Shown here in pieces: positions 29,591 through 38,834 of a DNA stretch of 64,000 bases. The position numbers and the translations under genes were made by a program. The notes beneath the pieces are model-generated. The model saw only the letters and a list, made by a program, of their open reading frames with translations. It was not told where the DNA came from and searched no databases. Positions within the stretch are counted from its first letter, which is position 1; every line of letters begins with the position of its first letter. The DNA comes from an uncultured Chloroflexia bacterium (lineage in GTDB: Bacteria > Chloroflexota > Limnocylindria > Limnocylindrales > CSP1-4): positions 3,350,151 to 3,414,150 of the forward strand of contig OY969796.1 in NCBI GenBank assembly GCA_963703155.1, given 5' to 3'.

Positions 29591-30228
29591 CGGCGCGACC
29601 CCCGGTCGTGGCCCAGCTCGTGCGCGACGCTCCCGAGGGCCCGGTGGATGAGCACCCGGACCGCGCCCTCGGAGCGGCCCAGGATGCCGGCGATCTCGGC
29701 TGTGCTCATCTCGTCGACGAACCGCAGCAGGAGCGCCCGGCGCCGATCGTCCGGGAGGTCGCGGACGACCCGCATCGCCGCGGCGGCCTCGTCGCGCGTC
29801 ACGGCGTCGCCCTCGAGGTCCACGCCGTCCGCGATGGTCAGCCCGGTGTCCAGCACCGCGTCGAGCGAGGAGGCGGGCTTGCGCCGACGCGAGCGCCGCT
29901 CGTTGGCGACCACGTTGCGCGCGATGCGGAACAGCCAGACGCGGAATGTGCTCGCCTCGGGGCCGTCCTCGGGCCGCGCGAGCTCGCGGAACCGCGGCAG
30001 GGCCGCCAGCGCGCGGAGGAAGGTCCGCTCCGTGGCGTCCTCCGCCGCGTGGTGGTCGGCGAGCTCGTAGAGGGCGTAGCTGTACACCTGGGCGAGGTAC
30101 TTCCGGTAGAGGGCGTCGAACTTGGCGGGATCCCGGCGCGCCGCCTCGACGAGCGGCCGGTCACGGTCGAGCGCGACGACGACGCGCTCCGCCGCCGGCT
30201 CGGCTGTTCCAAACCCCAGTCGCGCCAT
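29587..30228 (-). CDS. ECF-type RNA polymerase sigma-70 factor
   Basis: FDALYRKY, AEDATERTFLRA, FRVWLFRIARN and region 4 (MSTAEIAGILGRSEGAVRVLIHRA). Confidence 0.93.
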   Translation of the reverse strand: MARLGFGTAEPAAERVVVALDRDRPLVEAARRDPAKFDALYRKYLAQVYSYALYELADHHAAEDATERTFLRALAALPRFRELARPEDGPEASTFRVWLFRIARNVVANERRSRRRKPASSLDAVLDTGLTIADGVDLEGDAVTRDEAAAAMRVVRDLPDDRRRALLLRFVDEMSTAEIAGILGRSEGAVRVLIHRALGSVAHELGHDRGSRR

Positions 30229-30232
30229 CGCG

Positions 30233-31114
30233 TTACACCCGCGCCGCGAGTCGGACGTGGACGACCTCGCCCGCGTGGACCGCGTGCTGGTCGCCACCGC
30301 CGACGGGCGACACCACGAGCGCGCCGCTGCTCCCGTCGACGCCGTCGACGGTCACGTCCTCGCCGGCACCGGCACCGTGGCCATCCAGCCGGACCACCCG
30401 CCCGGTCAGCGCCTGGCGCGTGGTCCACGTCCCCACATCGAAGAAGCCCGCCCGAAGGGCCTCGAGCCTCGTCTCGAGGTAGCCCAGGAATGCCGCCAGC
30501 AGCGCGTCGATGTCGATCGGCCGCCCGGCGGAGGCTTCCCGGAGGCTGGTCATCGTCCCGGCGAGCGTGGGCGGAAAGTCGGCCGCCGACCAGTCGGCGT
30601 TGATCCCGATCCCGACGACGGCCCGAGGGTCCGCCGTGCCCAGGCCGTCGGTCTCGCCCAGCACGCCCGCCACCTTGCGCAGGTCGAGCGGCGCCGCCAG
30701 GCGTCGTGCCGCCTCCTCGGCGGCAAGGACCCCGGTGAGCAGCGCGTGAGGACCGGCCACCTCGAATACGAGGTCGTTCGGCCACTTGAGCCGGATCGCG
30801 CCCTCGGGCAGCCCAGCGACCTCCTCTCCCGCATCGCACATCGCCAGGGACACGGCTGCGCCCAGCCGCCAGACCTTGTCGGGCGGCAGCCATGTGGGGA
30901 GGAAGCCGCACGAGAGCATCAGCGAGGCGCCGGGCGGCGACACCCAGGCGCGGCCTGCGCGCCCGCGGCCCGCGGTCTGCTCACGGGCGACCGCGACCGC
31001 GACCTCGGGCGTGCCGTCGGCCAGCCAGCCGCGGACGACGTCGTTCGTGGACTCGACCGTATCGAAGCGCTCGAGCCTGCTGAGCGTGGCGATGACCGAT
31101 TCGGGGTCCGTCAC
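30233..31114 (-). CDS. birA: Biotin-[acetyl-CoA-carboxylase] ligase, no N-terminal HTH (class I)
   Basis: STND, QTAGRGRAGRAW, KWPNDL, KVAGVL and GIGIN. Confidence 0.93.
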   Translation of the reverse strand: MTDPESVIATLSRLERFDTVESTNDVVRGWLADGTPEVAVAVAREQTAGRGRAGRAWVSPPGASLMLSCGFLPTWLPPDKVWRLGAAVSLAMCDAGEEVAGLPEGAIRLKWPNDLVFEVAGPHALLTGVLAAEEAARRLAAPLDLRKVAGVLGETDGLGTADPRAVVGIGINADWSAADFPPTLAGTMTSLREASAGRPIDIDALLAAFLGYLETRLEALRAGFFDVGTWTTRQALTGRVVRLDGHGAGAGEDVTVDGVDGSSGALVVSPVGGGDQHAVHAGEVVHVRLAARV

Positions 31115-31118
31115 CGGC

Positions 31119-32417
31119 TCAGCCGGCCGCGGCCGCCTCGACCGCCTCGGGCTGCTCCAGCGCGAACGCGGCGTGCAGGGCCCGGACGGCCTCCTCGACG
31201 CGGTCCTCGGCGATGATCGTCGTGATCCGGATCTCGGAGGTGGAGATCATCTCGATGTTGATGCCCGCGTCCGCCAGCGTGCCGAACATCCGGGCGGCAT
31301 AGCCCGGTGCGTTCTGGATGCCGGCGCCCACGATGGACACCTTGGCCACCGAGCTGTCGGTGGTCATGTCGGCGAAGCCCAGCTCCCGGACGAGCGGGTC
31401 CAGGAGGCGCTTCGCCTTGGCGAGCTCCACGCGCGGGATCGTGAACGAGATGTCCGTCGAGCCACCGTGGCCCACGTTCTGGACGATCATGTCCACGATG
31501 ACGCCGGCGTCGGCCAGCGGCCCGAAGACGTGGTTCGCGACGCCGGGCCTGTCGGGTACGCCGACGAGCGTGATCTTGGCGACGTTCCGGTCGTGGGCGA
31601 GACCCCGGACCTTGTTGCGCTGCTCCACGAGCGCGTCCTCCTTGATGAGCGTGCCGGGGGCGTCCTCGAACGAGCTGAGGACCTCGATGACGACGTCGTT
31701 GACCCAGCCCAGCTCCACGGCGCGCACCTGCATCACCTGGGCGCCCTGGTGGGCGAGCTCCATCATCTCCTCGTAGCCGATGACGGGCAGCTGGCGGGCG
31801 TCGGGGGCAATCCGCGGGTCCGCGGTGTAGATCCCCTTCACGTCCGTGAAGATCTGGCAGCGGTCGGCGCGCAGCTGGGCGGCGAGCGCGACGGCGGTGG
31901 TGTCCGATCCGCCCCGGCCGAGGGTGGTGATCTCGGCTGAGTGGACGTCGCTCGCGGTCGCGCTGTCCTCCAGCGCGGCGACGCCCTTCGTGCTCATGCC
32001 CTGGAAGCCCGCGACGATCACGACCTTGCCGGCGGCGATCTCGGCGTTGACCCGCCGGGGGTCGATGCCCGCAATGCGCGCCTTGCCGTACGTGCCGTCC
32101 GTGGTGATCCCCGCCTGCGGGCCGGTGAGGCTGATGGCGGCGACACCCAGCGAGTGGAGGGCCATCGAGACCAGCGTGGCGCTCTGGTGCTCGCCAGTGG
32201 CGAGGAGCACGTCGAGCTCGCGCGGGTCCGGCTCATCGGTGATGGCGGCGGCGAGGGCGAGGAGCTCATCGGTGGTGTCGCCCATGGCGGACACGATGAC
32301 GACGAGGTTGGAGCCCGCCGTGCGCTCCCGTGCGATCCGCCTGGCGACGCGCTTGATGCGCTCGGCGCCCGCGACGGACGAGCCGCCGAACTTCATGACG
32401 ACGAGAGGAGTGGACAT
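31119..32417 (-). CDS. lysC: Aspartate kinase with two ACT domains
   Basis: VMKFGGSSV, SAMGDTTD, TTLGRGGSDTTA, FTDVKGIYTADPR, and the C-terminal ACT domains (INIEMISTSEI). Confidence 0.96.
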   Translation of the reverse strand: MSTPLVVMKFGGSSVAGAERIKRVARRIARERTAGSNLVVIVSAMGDTTDELLALAAAITDEPDPRELDVLLATGEHQSATLVSMALHSLGVAAISLTGPQAGITTDGTYGKARIAGIDPRRVNAEIAAGKVVIVAGFQGMSTKGVAALEDSATASDVHSAEITTLGRGGSDTTAVALAAQLRADRCQIFTDVKGIYTADPRIAPDARQLPVIGYEEMMELAHQGAQVMQVRAVELGWVNDVVIEVLSSFEDAPGTLIKEDALVEQRNKVRGLAHDRNVAKITLVGVPDRPGVANHVFGPLADAGVIVDMIVQNVGHGGSTDISFTIPRVELAKAKRLLDPLVRELGFADMTTDSSVAKVSIVGAGIQNAPGYAARMFGTLADAGINIEMISTSEIRITTIIAEDRVEEAVRALHAAFALEQPEAVEAAAAG

Positions 32418-32560
32418 AGCCGGGCAATTCTAGCGGGCAGATGCGGTGATGCCGCCGTTTCGGTTCGGTTGCGGCGCTTCGGCTGCTCTCGGCCGTGCCC
32501 GCGCGTCCATTTCGCCCCTCGCCCTCGCGCCACGCCGCGCTCCCGCGTCGCGCGCCCAAT

Positions 32561-32632
32561 CGCCGTGCTCGGGCGCTGGCGCCTCGCCGTACTCGGGCGC
32601 TTGCGCCTCGCCGCCCTCCCGCGCTGGCGCCT
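32561..32632. repeat. Three tandem imperfect 24-bp repeats, consensus CGCCGYNCTCSSGCGCTKGCGCCT
   Basis: Units at 32561-32584, 32585-32608 and 32609-32632, read directly from the sequence. Confidence 0.75.
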
Positions 32633-32670
32633 CGCCCTTCACGCCCTCGGGGGCACCCGTCCCGCAATTT

Positions 32671-32789
32671 CCGGCAGATGTTCCTCGTGCGGCCGCTATA
32701 GGCGGCTGAATCGCCACATGTTCATGACGCGGCCACCTGCCCGCAGATCTGGGCAGTCCCCCGCCAGATGTTCGTCGTACGGCCGTTAT
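32671..32789. repeat. Direct-repeat array with core CA(G/C)ATGTTC-N7-GGCC behind the XRE-nuclease gene
   Basis: 29-bp repeats at 32671 and 32761 (25/29 identical). A third core lies at 32715 and a CAGATCTG variant at 32744. Confidence 0.7.
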
Positions 32790-32822
32790 CCAGCGATTCA
32801 TCGGACAACGGCCGACCCACGG

Positions 32823-33580
32823 TCATTTGGGGAAGCCCGAGTCGGCTGGATTGCTGGCCGGTGCAGCCGAGACGCGAACGCGCTTCGGGGTCGCCGCCTT
32901 AGCGGTCGCAGCGCGGTCATCTGCAAGAAACCAGACGCCCGCAGGAGCCGGCCCCACAGGGTCCTCGAGCCAGTGTCGGATTTCGAGCGTTCCCGCCGGC
33001 AGAGCGGCCTGAACCGTGGCGCCGAACCTCGCGAGTCGTCGCCGGTTCGTACTGGTGTCGGCCAGCACGAGGATCCTCGCCACCGACGACACCGGCGCCC
33101 AGCCCCGATCCCGCGCGATCGTCGGGCCGAGCCGCCCCTTGCGGTCGATCCCGCCGAGCATCGCCTGCATGTCGGGCGTGATCGACTTGACCTCGAACAC
33201 AGTCAGGGCGTGGCGCTTCGGATGCCAGGCCAGAACGTCGATCGAGCCGCGCTCGCCGTAGTGCGAGAACGATGCCTCGACGCAGACCTCCCAGCCCAGC
33301 GCGCCGAGGCGCGCGACCAGCGCTTCAACGATCCGCGCGTGCGCCTCGTCGAGCAGTCGGTCGAGACCCTCGCCCTGCCAGTGGGCCGAAGCTCGAGCGA
33401 GCCTCCTACCGCCACCACGACGCGCTCGATCACGCCGATCGCGATCGCCCCGCTCTCGCCCCGCTCGATCCGGCCGACGACTGGCCGAGAGACATGGGCC
33501 TTGCGCGCGAGATCGTCCTGACGCCACTGACGACGCCGTCGCAGGGCGCGGACCGCGCGGCCGATCCGATCGAGCTCCAT
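32823..33580 (-). pseudogene. XRE-type HTH + PD-(D/E)xK nuclease-fold protein, split by an apparent 1-nt deletion at the G run 33383-33385
   Basis: Frame 1 reads MELDRIGRAVRALRRRRQWRQDDLARKAHVSRPVVGRIERG (XRE HTH). Frame 2 reads HWQGEGLDRLLDEAHA...EASFSHYGERGSIDVLAWH...FEVKS. Length is 3n+2. Confidence 0.8.
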
Positions 33581-33859
33581 GCGGACAGGGTCGCCAGACG
33601 GCCTCAACTCCGGCTTATGTGCGCCCGCCAGCCGGTCGTTGCAGATGAAGGCCGCTGGCGAGCCAGAGATGCCCTGTGCATAAGGGCAGGGTGAGCGTCC
33701 GCCTGCATGCTGCTGTCACCGCCCCGGGCGGGAGGGGGTTTGTGGTGGCCGCCAGTGCGCTGGCGTCTCGCCGTGGCGGTGGGCGGCGGAGCGCCCAAAT
33801 CGCCGCCCTGCGCCACAATCGGCGCACCCGAGACAAGCGCCCCGCCCCGGAGACCTGCC

Positions 33860-34621
33860 ATGTGCTTCGACCACGACTCCCGGCCGCCCATCGTCCCCGA
33901 CCCGTCGGGCATCCGCGACGCGCAGGAGGTGGAACTGGAGGCAGCCGATGGCAACCGGTTCGCCGCCTACGTCGCGCGGGCCGCGCACCCCACCGGCGCG
34001 GGGATTGTCATCCTCCCCGACGTCCGCGGCCTCCACACGTACTACAAGGAGTTGGCCGAGCGCTTCGCGGAGCACGGGGTGGACGCGGTCGCGATCGACT
34101 TCTTCGGGCGCACCGCCGGCATCAGCGACCGCGGGCCGGATTTCGAGTACATGCCGCACGTCGCCGCCACGACCTACGCGGGCCTGACGGCGGACATCCA
34201 CGCCGCTGCCGAGCGCCTCCGGCAGGACGCCAGCGTCGATCGCCTCTACGCCACGGGCTTCTGCTTCGGCGGACGACTGGCATTCCTCACGGCCGGCATG
34301 GCGGACCTGGACCTCACCGGCGTCATCGGCTTCTACGGCTGGCCGACGGGCGCATCGCGCAACGACACGCCCGCCCCCGCCGACGTCGCCTCGACCTTCA
34401 CCTGCCCGGTCCTGGGGATCTTCGGCGGTGCCGACCAGGGGATCTCCGCTGACGTGGTGGCGGCCTTCGAGCACGCGTTGACCGAAGCGGGAATCGAGCA
34501 CCGGCTGACCACGTACGATGGGGCTCCGCATTCCTTCTTCGACCGGAAGGCCGCCGAGTTCGCCGAGGCCAGCGACGGCGCGTGGGCGGAGACGCTGGGC
34601 TTCATGGGGGTCGCCAAGTGA
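33860..34621 (+). CDS. Dienelactone hydrolase family protein
   Basis: VILPDVRGL, nucleophile GFCFGG and GAPHSFFD. GGAG SD before the ATG. Confidence 0.92.
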   Translation: MCFDHDSRPPIVPDPSGIRDAQEVELEAADGNRFAAYVARAAHPTGAGIVILPDVRGLHTYYKELAERFAEHGVDAVAIDFFGRTAGISDRGPDFEYMPHVAATTYAGLTADIHAAAERLRQDASVDRLYATGFCFGGRLAFLTAGMADLDLTGVIGFYGWPTGASRNDTPAPADVASTFTCPVLGIFGGADQGISADVVAAFEHALTEAGIEHRLTTYDGAPHSFFDRKAAEFAEASDGAWAETLGFMGVAK

Positions 34622-34631
34622 GGGTCGCGCA

Positions 34632-34877
34632 ATGAGCTTCCTGCGGCGGATGTTCGGGGGAGGGGCTGCGGCGACCGACGGGATGGCCCGAGCGCCCCTC
34701 GACCCAGCCGAAGCCGCCGCCGAGGATGCCGAGCACGAGCGTGCGCTCCTGCGCGAGGAGGCCGTCCGCCTCTCCGACGAGCTGCTGGCGCGCCAGATGC
34801 GGTACGCCGACCGGTCGTGGACCCCGCCCGCGCAGGGCGGGGAGCGTCGCGCCGGCGACAGCGAAGGCAACGAGTAG
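34632..34877 (+). CDS. Small hypothetical protein (81 aa)
   Basis: MSFLRRMFGG start, tightly packed between co-directional genes, with GC-biased codon use. Confidence 0.6.
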   Translation: MSFLRRMFGGGAAATDGMARAPLDPAEAAAEDAEHERALLREEAVRLSDELLARQMRYADRSWTPPAQGGERRAGDSEGNE

Positions 34878-34884
34878 GAGGCCG

Positions 34885-35379
34885 ATGGTGCGCCTGGTCC
34901 AATTCCTCGTCCGGCTGCTGATCGCGTTCACGGTCGCCGTCACCGCCGCCTCGCTCGTCTCGACGGCTGTGGCGCTGGCCAAGCGCGACCAGTTCCCCGA
35001 CGATGCCGAGCCGGAGGACGACGAGCTCGACTTGGCGACGATCCTGCGGGGCCGCACATTCCGCTCCGAGGCGACCGCCTTCCGCGGCGGCCGCCTCATC
35101 TCGTGGCAGGGCGCGGCCGACATCGACCTGCGTGGCGCGAGGCTCGATCCCGCCGGCGCTCACCTCGAGGTCGTGACGGTCTTCGGAGGCATGCAGATGC
35201 GCGTGCCGCAGGACTGGCCGGTCCGGATGCACGGCGTGGCGATCTTCGGCGGGGCGGGGTCGATGGCCCGGCATCCCGACGGGGGCGAGAGCGGCCCCGT
35301 CCTGACGATCCGCTACCGCACGATCTTCGGGGGCTTCGGCGTGACCGCCGAGCCGGACGACGAGTTGCTGACTGTCTGA
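34885..35379 (+). CDS. Membrane-anchored protein with a LiaF/DUF2154-like beta-solenoid domain
   Basis: N-terminal TM helix, then IDLRGARL...VTVFGGMQMRVPQDWPVRMHGVAIFGG. GGAGG SD. Confidence 0.7.
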   Translation: MVRLVQFLVRLLIAFTVAVTAASLVSTAVALAKRDQFPDDAEPEDDELDLATILRGRTFRSEATAFRGGRLISWQGAADIDLRGARLDPAGAHLEVVTVFGGMQMRVPQDWPVRMHGVAIFGGAGSMARHPDGGESGPVLTIRYRTIFGGFGVTAEPDDELLTV

Positions 35380-35445
35380 CGGACCGGCGTCCGCGCCGCC
35401 CGCGCGGCACGCTAGGCTGAGAGTCCACACCATCAAGGAGGGGCC

Positions 35446-35679
35446 ATGAAAGAACGGCTCATCGGCGAAGACCAGCTGCTGGTCACGGCCGACACCTCGC
35501 TCGGCGACGCGCTCTGGGATTGGGTTGCAGCGGACGCCTCGCGGCGCGCGGCCGACGGCTGGCGGATCGCGAACATCGGCGGCATCGGCACCCAGATGGG
35601 GATGCAGCAGCCGCAGATGGGCTACGGAGCGCCCTCGTACGCGGTTGCCCTCTCGCTCTGGATCCTGTACCGCCGGTGA
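35446..35679 (+). CDS. Small hypothetical protein (77 aa)
   Basis: Strong AAGGAGG SD. The stop codon overlaps the GTG start of the next gene. Confidence 0.65.
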   Translation: MKERLIGEDQLLVTADTSLGDALWDWVAADASRRAADGWRIANIGGIGTQMGMQQPQMGYGAPSYAVALSLWILYRR

Positions 35680-36353
35680 GCGACGTCTCGCCCGCCTCGT
35701 CGGGCCAACCGGGCGACACCACGCCGCCCGCCAGCGACCGGGTCCGCCTCCGCCGCAAGCCGATGCGCGGCCGCCACGACCGCGAGACGATCGACGCGAT
35801 CATCGACGCCGCGGTCATCGGCGTGATCGCGTTCGTCCAGGACGGCCAGCCGTACGCGATCCCAACCAACGTCTGGCGCGAGGGCGACCGCGTCTACTGG
35901 CACGCCTCGGCTGGCAGTCGCCTGCTCCGGGTGGCGGACGGGACCGCGGTCTGTGTCACGCTCTACCACCTGGACGGGCTGGTGCTGGCCCGCTCCGCCA
36001 CCAACCACTCGGTCAACTTCCGCTCGGTGGTGATCCTCGGCACGGCGCACCTGGTCGTCGAGCCAGGCCCGGTGGAGCACGCGCTCGAAGGGCTGGTCGA
36101 GTCGCTGTATCCCGGCCGCTGGGCGCAGCTGCGCCCCATGACCGAGAAGGAGCGCAAGGAGACCGGCGTCATGTACGTGGACCTCGCCGAGGCCTCCGCG
36201 AAGGTCCGCGACGAAGGGCCCCACGACAACGCGGGCGACGAGACCTGGCCGGTGTGGGCCGGGCTGATCCCGGTGCAGACGGTCCGCGGCGAGGCCGAGC
36301 CCGACGAATTCGTGCAGCCGGGCACGCCGGAGCCGGTGGTCCGTCTCCCCTAG
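35676..36353 (+). CDS. Pyridoxamine 5'-phosphate oxidase-like FMN-binding split-barrel protein
   Basis: PYAIPT, VYWHASAGSRL, LDGLVLARSATNHSVNFRSVVILG and ASAKVR. Confidence 0.9.
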   Translation: MSDVSPASSGQPGDTTPPASDRVRLRRKPMRGRHDRETIDAIIDAAVIGVIAFVQDGQPYAIPTNVWREGDRVYWHASAGSRLLRVADGTAVCVTLYHLDGLVLARSATNHSVNFRSVVILGTAHLVVEPGPVEHALEGLVESLYPGRWAQLRPMTEKERKETGVMYVDLAEASAKVRDEGPHDNAGDETWPVWAGLIPVQTVRGEAEPDEFVQPGTPEPVVRLP

Positions 36354-36376
36354 CTTCGTTCGACGCCATGAGGGCC

Positions 36377-36545
36377 GCGCGAGTCGCGTGCGACTCGATC
36401 CGCGGCGCGTCGAGCGTGGGCGGCGCGCCCAACGTCGGTTTCGCGGAACGAGGCGCGCTCGCCGAACCGCGATTCGAGTCCGTGGCGACTCACGGGCGCC
36501 GAACGATGTGCCGACCGATGTGCCGACGACGTGCCGAACGATGTG
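36377..36545. repeat. Dispersed palindromic element (GAGTC-N6-GACTC x2), copy A, with a 4x 11-12-bp tandem tail
   Basis: Palindromes at 36381 and 36476, 95 bp apart. CCGAACGATGTG-like units at 36499-36545. Confidence 0.72.
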
Positions 36546-36548
36546 GCG

Positions 36549-37538
36549 CTAGGCCCCTTCGATCAGCTCCGGCCCCCGGTTGCGCGGCGCGACGATCGAG
36601 GTCTGCCCGGTGAGCCCAGCACCGTCGGCGGCGTCACGGAGCGCCTCCTCAACCGGACCGGCGTCGGCATCGGGCGCCACGAAGGCGAGCACCGTGGAGC
36701 CCGCGCCCGAGAGGAACGCGCCCAGCGCCCCGGCCGCCCGGGCGGCACCCGTGAGGCGCGGCAGCTGCGGGTAGGCCACCGAGCGGTACGGCTCGTGGAT
36801 GCGGTCAACTGTGAGGTCGGCCAGCAGGTCCCAGCGGCCGGACGCGATCCCCGCCACACCGATCGCGATGCGGCTCATGTTGGACACCGCGTCGCGGAGC
36901 GGCACCTCGGCCGGGAGGACGCGCCGCATGTCGGCGGTGGACAACCGTCGGTCGGGGATGAACAGCACCGCGCGGAGCCCCTCGGGCGCATCGAACCGCA
37001 CCGCTTCCACGCGCTGGCCCAGGTGGGCCGACACGACGAAGCCGCCCATGAGCGCGGCCGACGCGTTGTCCGGATGGCCCTCGATGTCCGTCGCGAGGCG
37101 CAGCATCGTCGGCATCGAGAGCGTTCCGCCGCCCAGCGCGTTGCCTGCCCAGATGCCACCGACAGCAGCCGCCGACGACGAGCCCAGCCCGCGCGACAGC
37201 GGGATCCGGTTGTGGGCGGTGATCCGCCAGCCGACATCGGGCGGCCGCGGCCCCAATTGCGCCTCGATGGCCGACTCGAGACCCATGACGAACCGGTTCG
37301 ACCGTTCCGGTCCGAGCTCATCGGCCCCCTCGCCGGTGGTCGTCAGCTCAATCGACCCGTCGGCCCCGACCGCCTCGACCTCGACCCGGTTGCACAGCTC
37401 CAGCGCCAGTCCAAGGCAGTCGTACCCGGCGCCCAGGTTGGCGGTGGAGGCGGGCACGTCGACCACCAGCCGGCGGCCGAGCACCGACGACCAGTCGCCG
37501 TGGGTCTGCCAGTGGCCTGCGACAGGGCTGGGGGCCAT
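36549..37538 (-). CDS. thrB: Homoserine kinase
   Basis: VPASTANLGAGYDCLG, GHMP motif PLSRGLGSSSAA, EGHPDNASAAL and LSGAGSTV. Confidence 0.95.
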   Translation of the reverse strand: MAPSPVAGHWQTHGDWSSVLGRRLVVDVPASTANLGAGYDCLGLALELCNRVEVEAVGADGSIELTTTGEGADELGPERSNRFVMGLESAIEAQLGPRPPDVGWRITAHNRIPLSRGLGSSSAAAVGGIWAGNALGGGTLSMPTMLRLATDIEGHPDNASAALMGGFVVSAHLGQRVEAVRFDAPEGLRAVLFIPDRRLSTADMRRVLPAEVPLRDAVSNMSRIAIGVAGIASGRWDLLADLTVDRIHEPYRSVAYPQLPRLTGAARAAGALGAFLSGAGSTVLAFVAPDADAGPVEEALRDAADGAGLTGQTSIVAPRNRGPELIEGA

Positions 37539-37543
37539 GTCGG

Positions 37544-38660
37544 TCAGTCCCCGATCGGGTAGCAGGCGCCCGACGGCGCAGCGACGCACTCACCGGCAAC
37601 AGGGCGCACCACGACATCGGCGCCACCCTCCGCGCGCACAGCCCCCGCCCATGTGGAGCCCAGCCCGCGGGCGATCGACACGAGGTCCGAGAGCACGGCG
37701 GCGGCGGCGGCGGCACCGCCTGCGCCTGGCCCCTCGAACGCCACCCGCCCGACCGGATCAGCGTCCACCTCGACCCGGTTGAGCACGCCGTCGCAGCGGC
37801 CGAAGGGCGATCCAGCGGGCACCGCGGTCGGGACCACGGACGCCTCGATCGCACCGTCCTGGGCGAGTCGGGTCGTGGCGATCAGGCGGAGCGTTCGGCC
37901 CTCCGCAGCGAGGGCGGCCACATCGGCGGCACTGACGCCCGTGATGCCCGGGGAGCCCGGCGTCCCGGTGACGGAGCCGGGGCGGTTCGACACGGCATCG
38001 GGCGAGATCCACGAGCCGAACGCGAGGCGGGCGAGGATGACGAGCTTGTTGACCGCGTCGAGCCCCTCCACGTCGGCGGTGGGATCGGCCTCGGCGTAGC
38101 CCTTCGCCTGGGCCTCGAGGAGCACGTCCGCGTAGTCGCGCCCGTCACGGGCCATCGCGGTGAGCATGTAGTTGGTCGTGCCGTTCACGATTCCGCGGAC
38201 GCGGGCGATACGGTCCCCGGCGAGGTCCCCGGCGATGGGCCCGAGGAGCGGGATGCCGCCGCCAACGGCCGCCTCGAACCGCAGGACCGCGCCCGTCTCG
38301 CGGGCGAGCGCCTCGAGCTCCGGCCCGTGGTGGGCGATGACGTGCTTGTTCGCCGTCGCCACGTGACGTCCGGCGGCGAACGCTGGCCCTGACGAGCGAG
38401 TGCGCGGGCTCGTCGCCGCCCATCGTCTCCACGATCACGTCCACGTCGTCGCGCGCGACCAGGGCGAAGGCGTCGTCGGACAGCAGTTCGGCGGGGATGC
38501 CGTTGGCGATGGCGCGCTCGGTGAACTTCTCGGCGATGCCGACCAGGACGAGCGGCCGGCCATCCGCGGGGGCAAGGCGGGGCGACCGCTCGAGGAACGC
38601 TCGGACGACCTCTCGGCCGACGGTGCCGGCGCCGATGACGCCGACGCGCAGGGGCTGCAT
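37544..38660 (-). pseudogene. hom: Homoserine dehydrogenase with an apparent 1-nt insertion at about 38384
   Basis: The N-part (LRVGVIGAGTVG...VIVETMGG) is in one frame. The C-part (HVATANK, FEAAVGGGIP, NGTTNYML, YAEADPTADVEGLDA) is in another. Removing one base restores RAAFAAGRHVATANK. Confidence 0.88.
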
Positions 38661-38834
38661 GCTCAACGGGGATCTCCGGACGGTTTGGGCGACGCCGGGA
38701 TGGTATCGAACGCGGGGCGCCATCGGCGACCGGCGGCCGGCGCCCGCTCGGCGCAGGGCTCGCATCGCGCTCCGTGTCTGTGCCTCTCCGCGTCGGAGGC
38801 GTGCGGGCGTCCGGCTCAGTCGCCCTTGCTTTCG

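Noticed and set aside
32430-32820. Lysine riboswitch or coding gene upstream of lysC
   Set aside because: No recognisable L-box core is present. A TAGAAT hexamer 9 nt before the ATG leaves no room for a leader. The ORFs in the track here are low-complexity translations of repeats.
32430-33860. Classical insertion sequence around the XRE gene
   Set aside because: There is no DDE, HUH or serine/tyrosine recombinase ORF, and I could not find terminal inverted repeats or a target-site duplication by eye.
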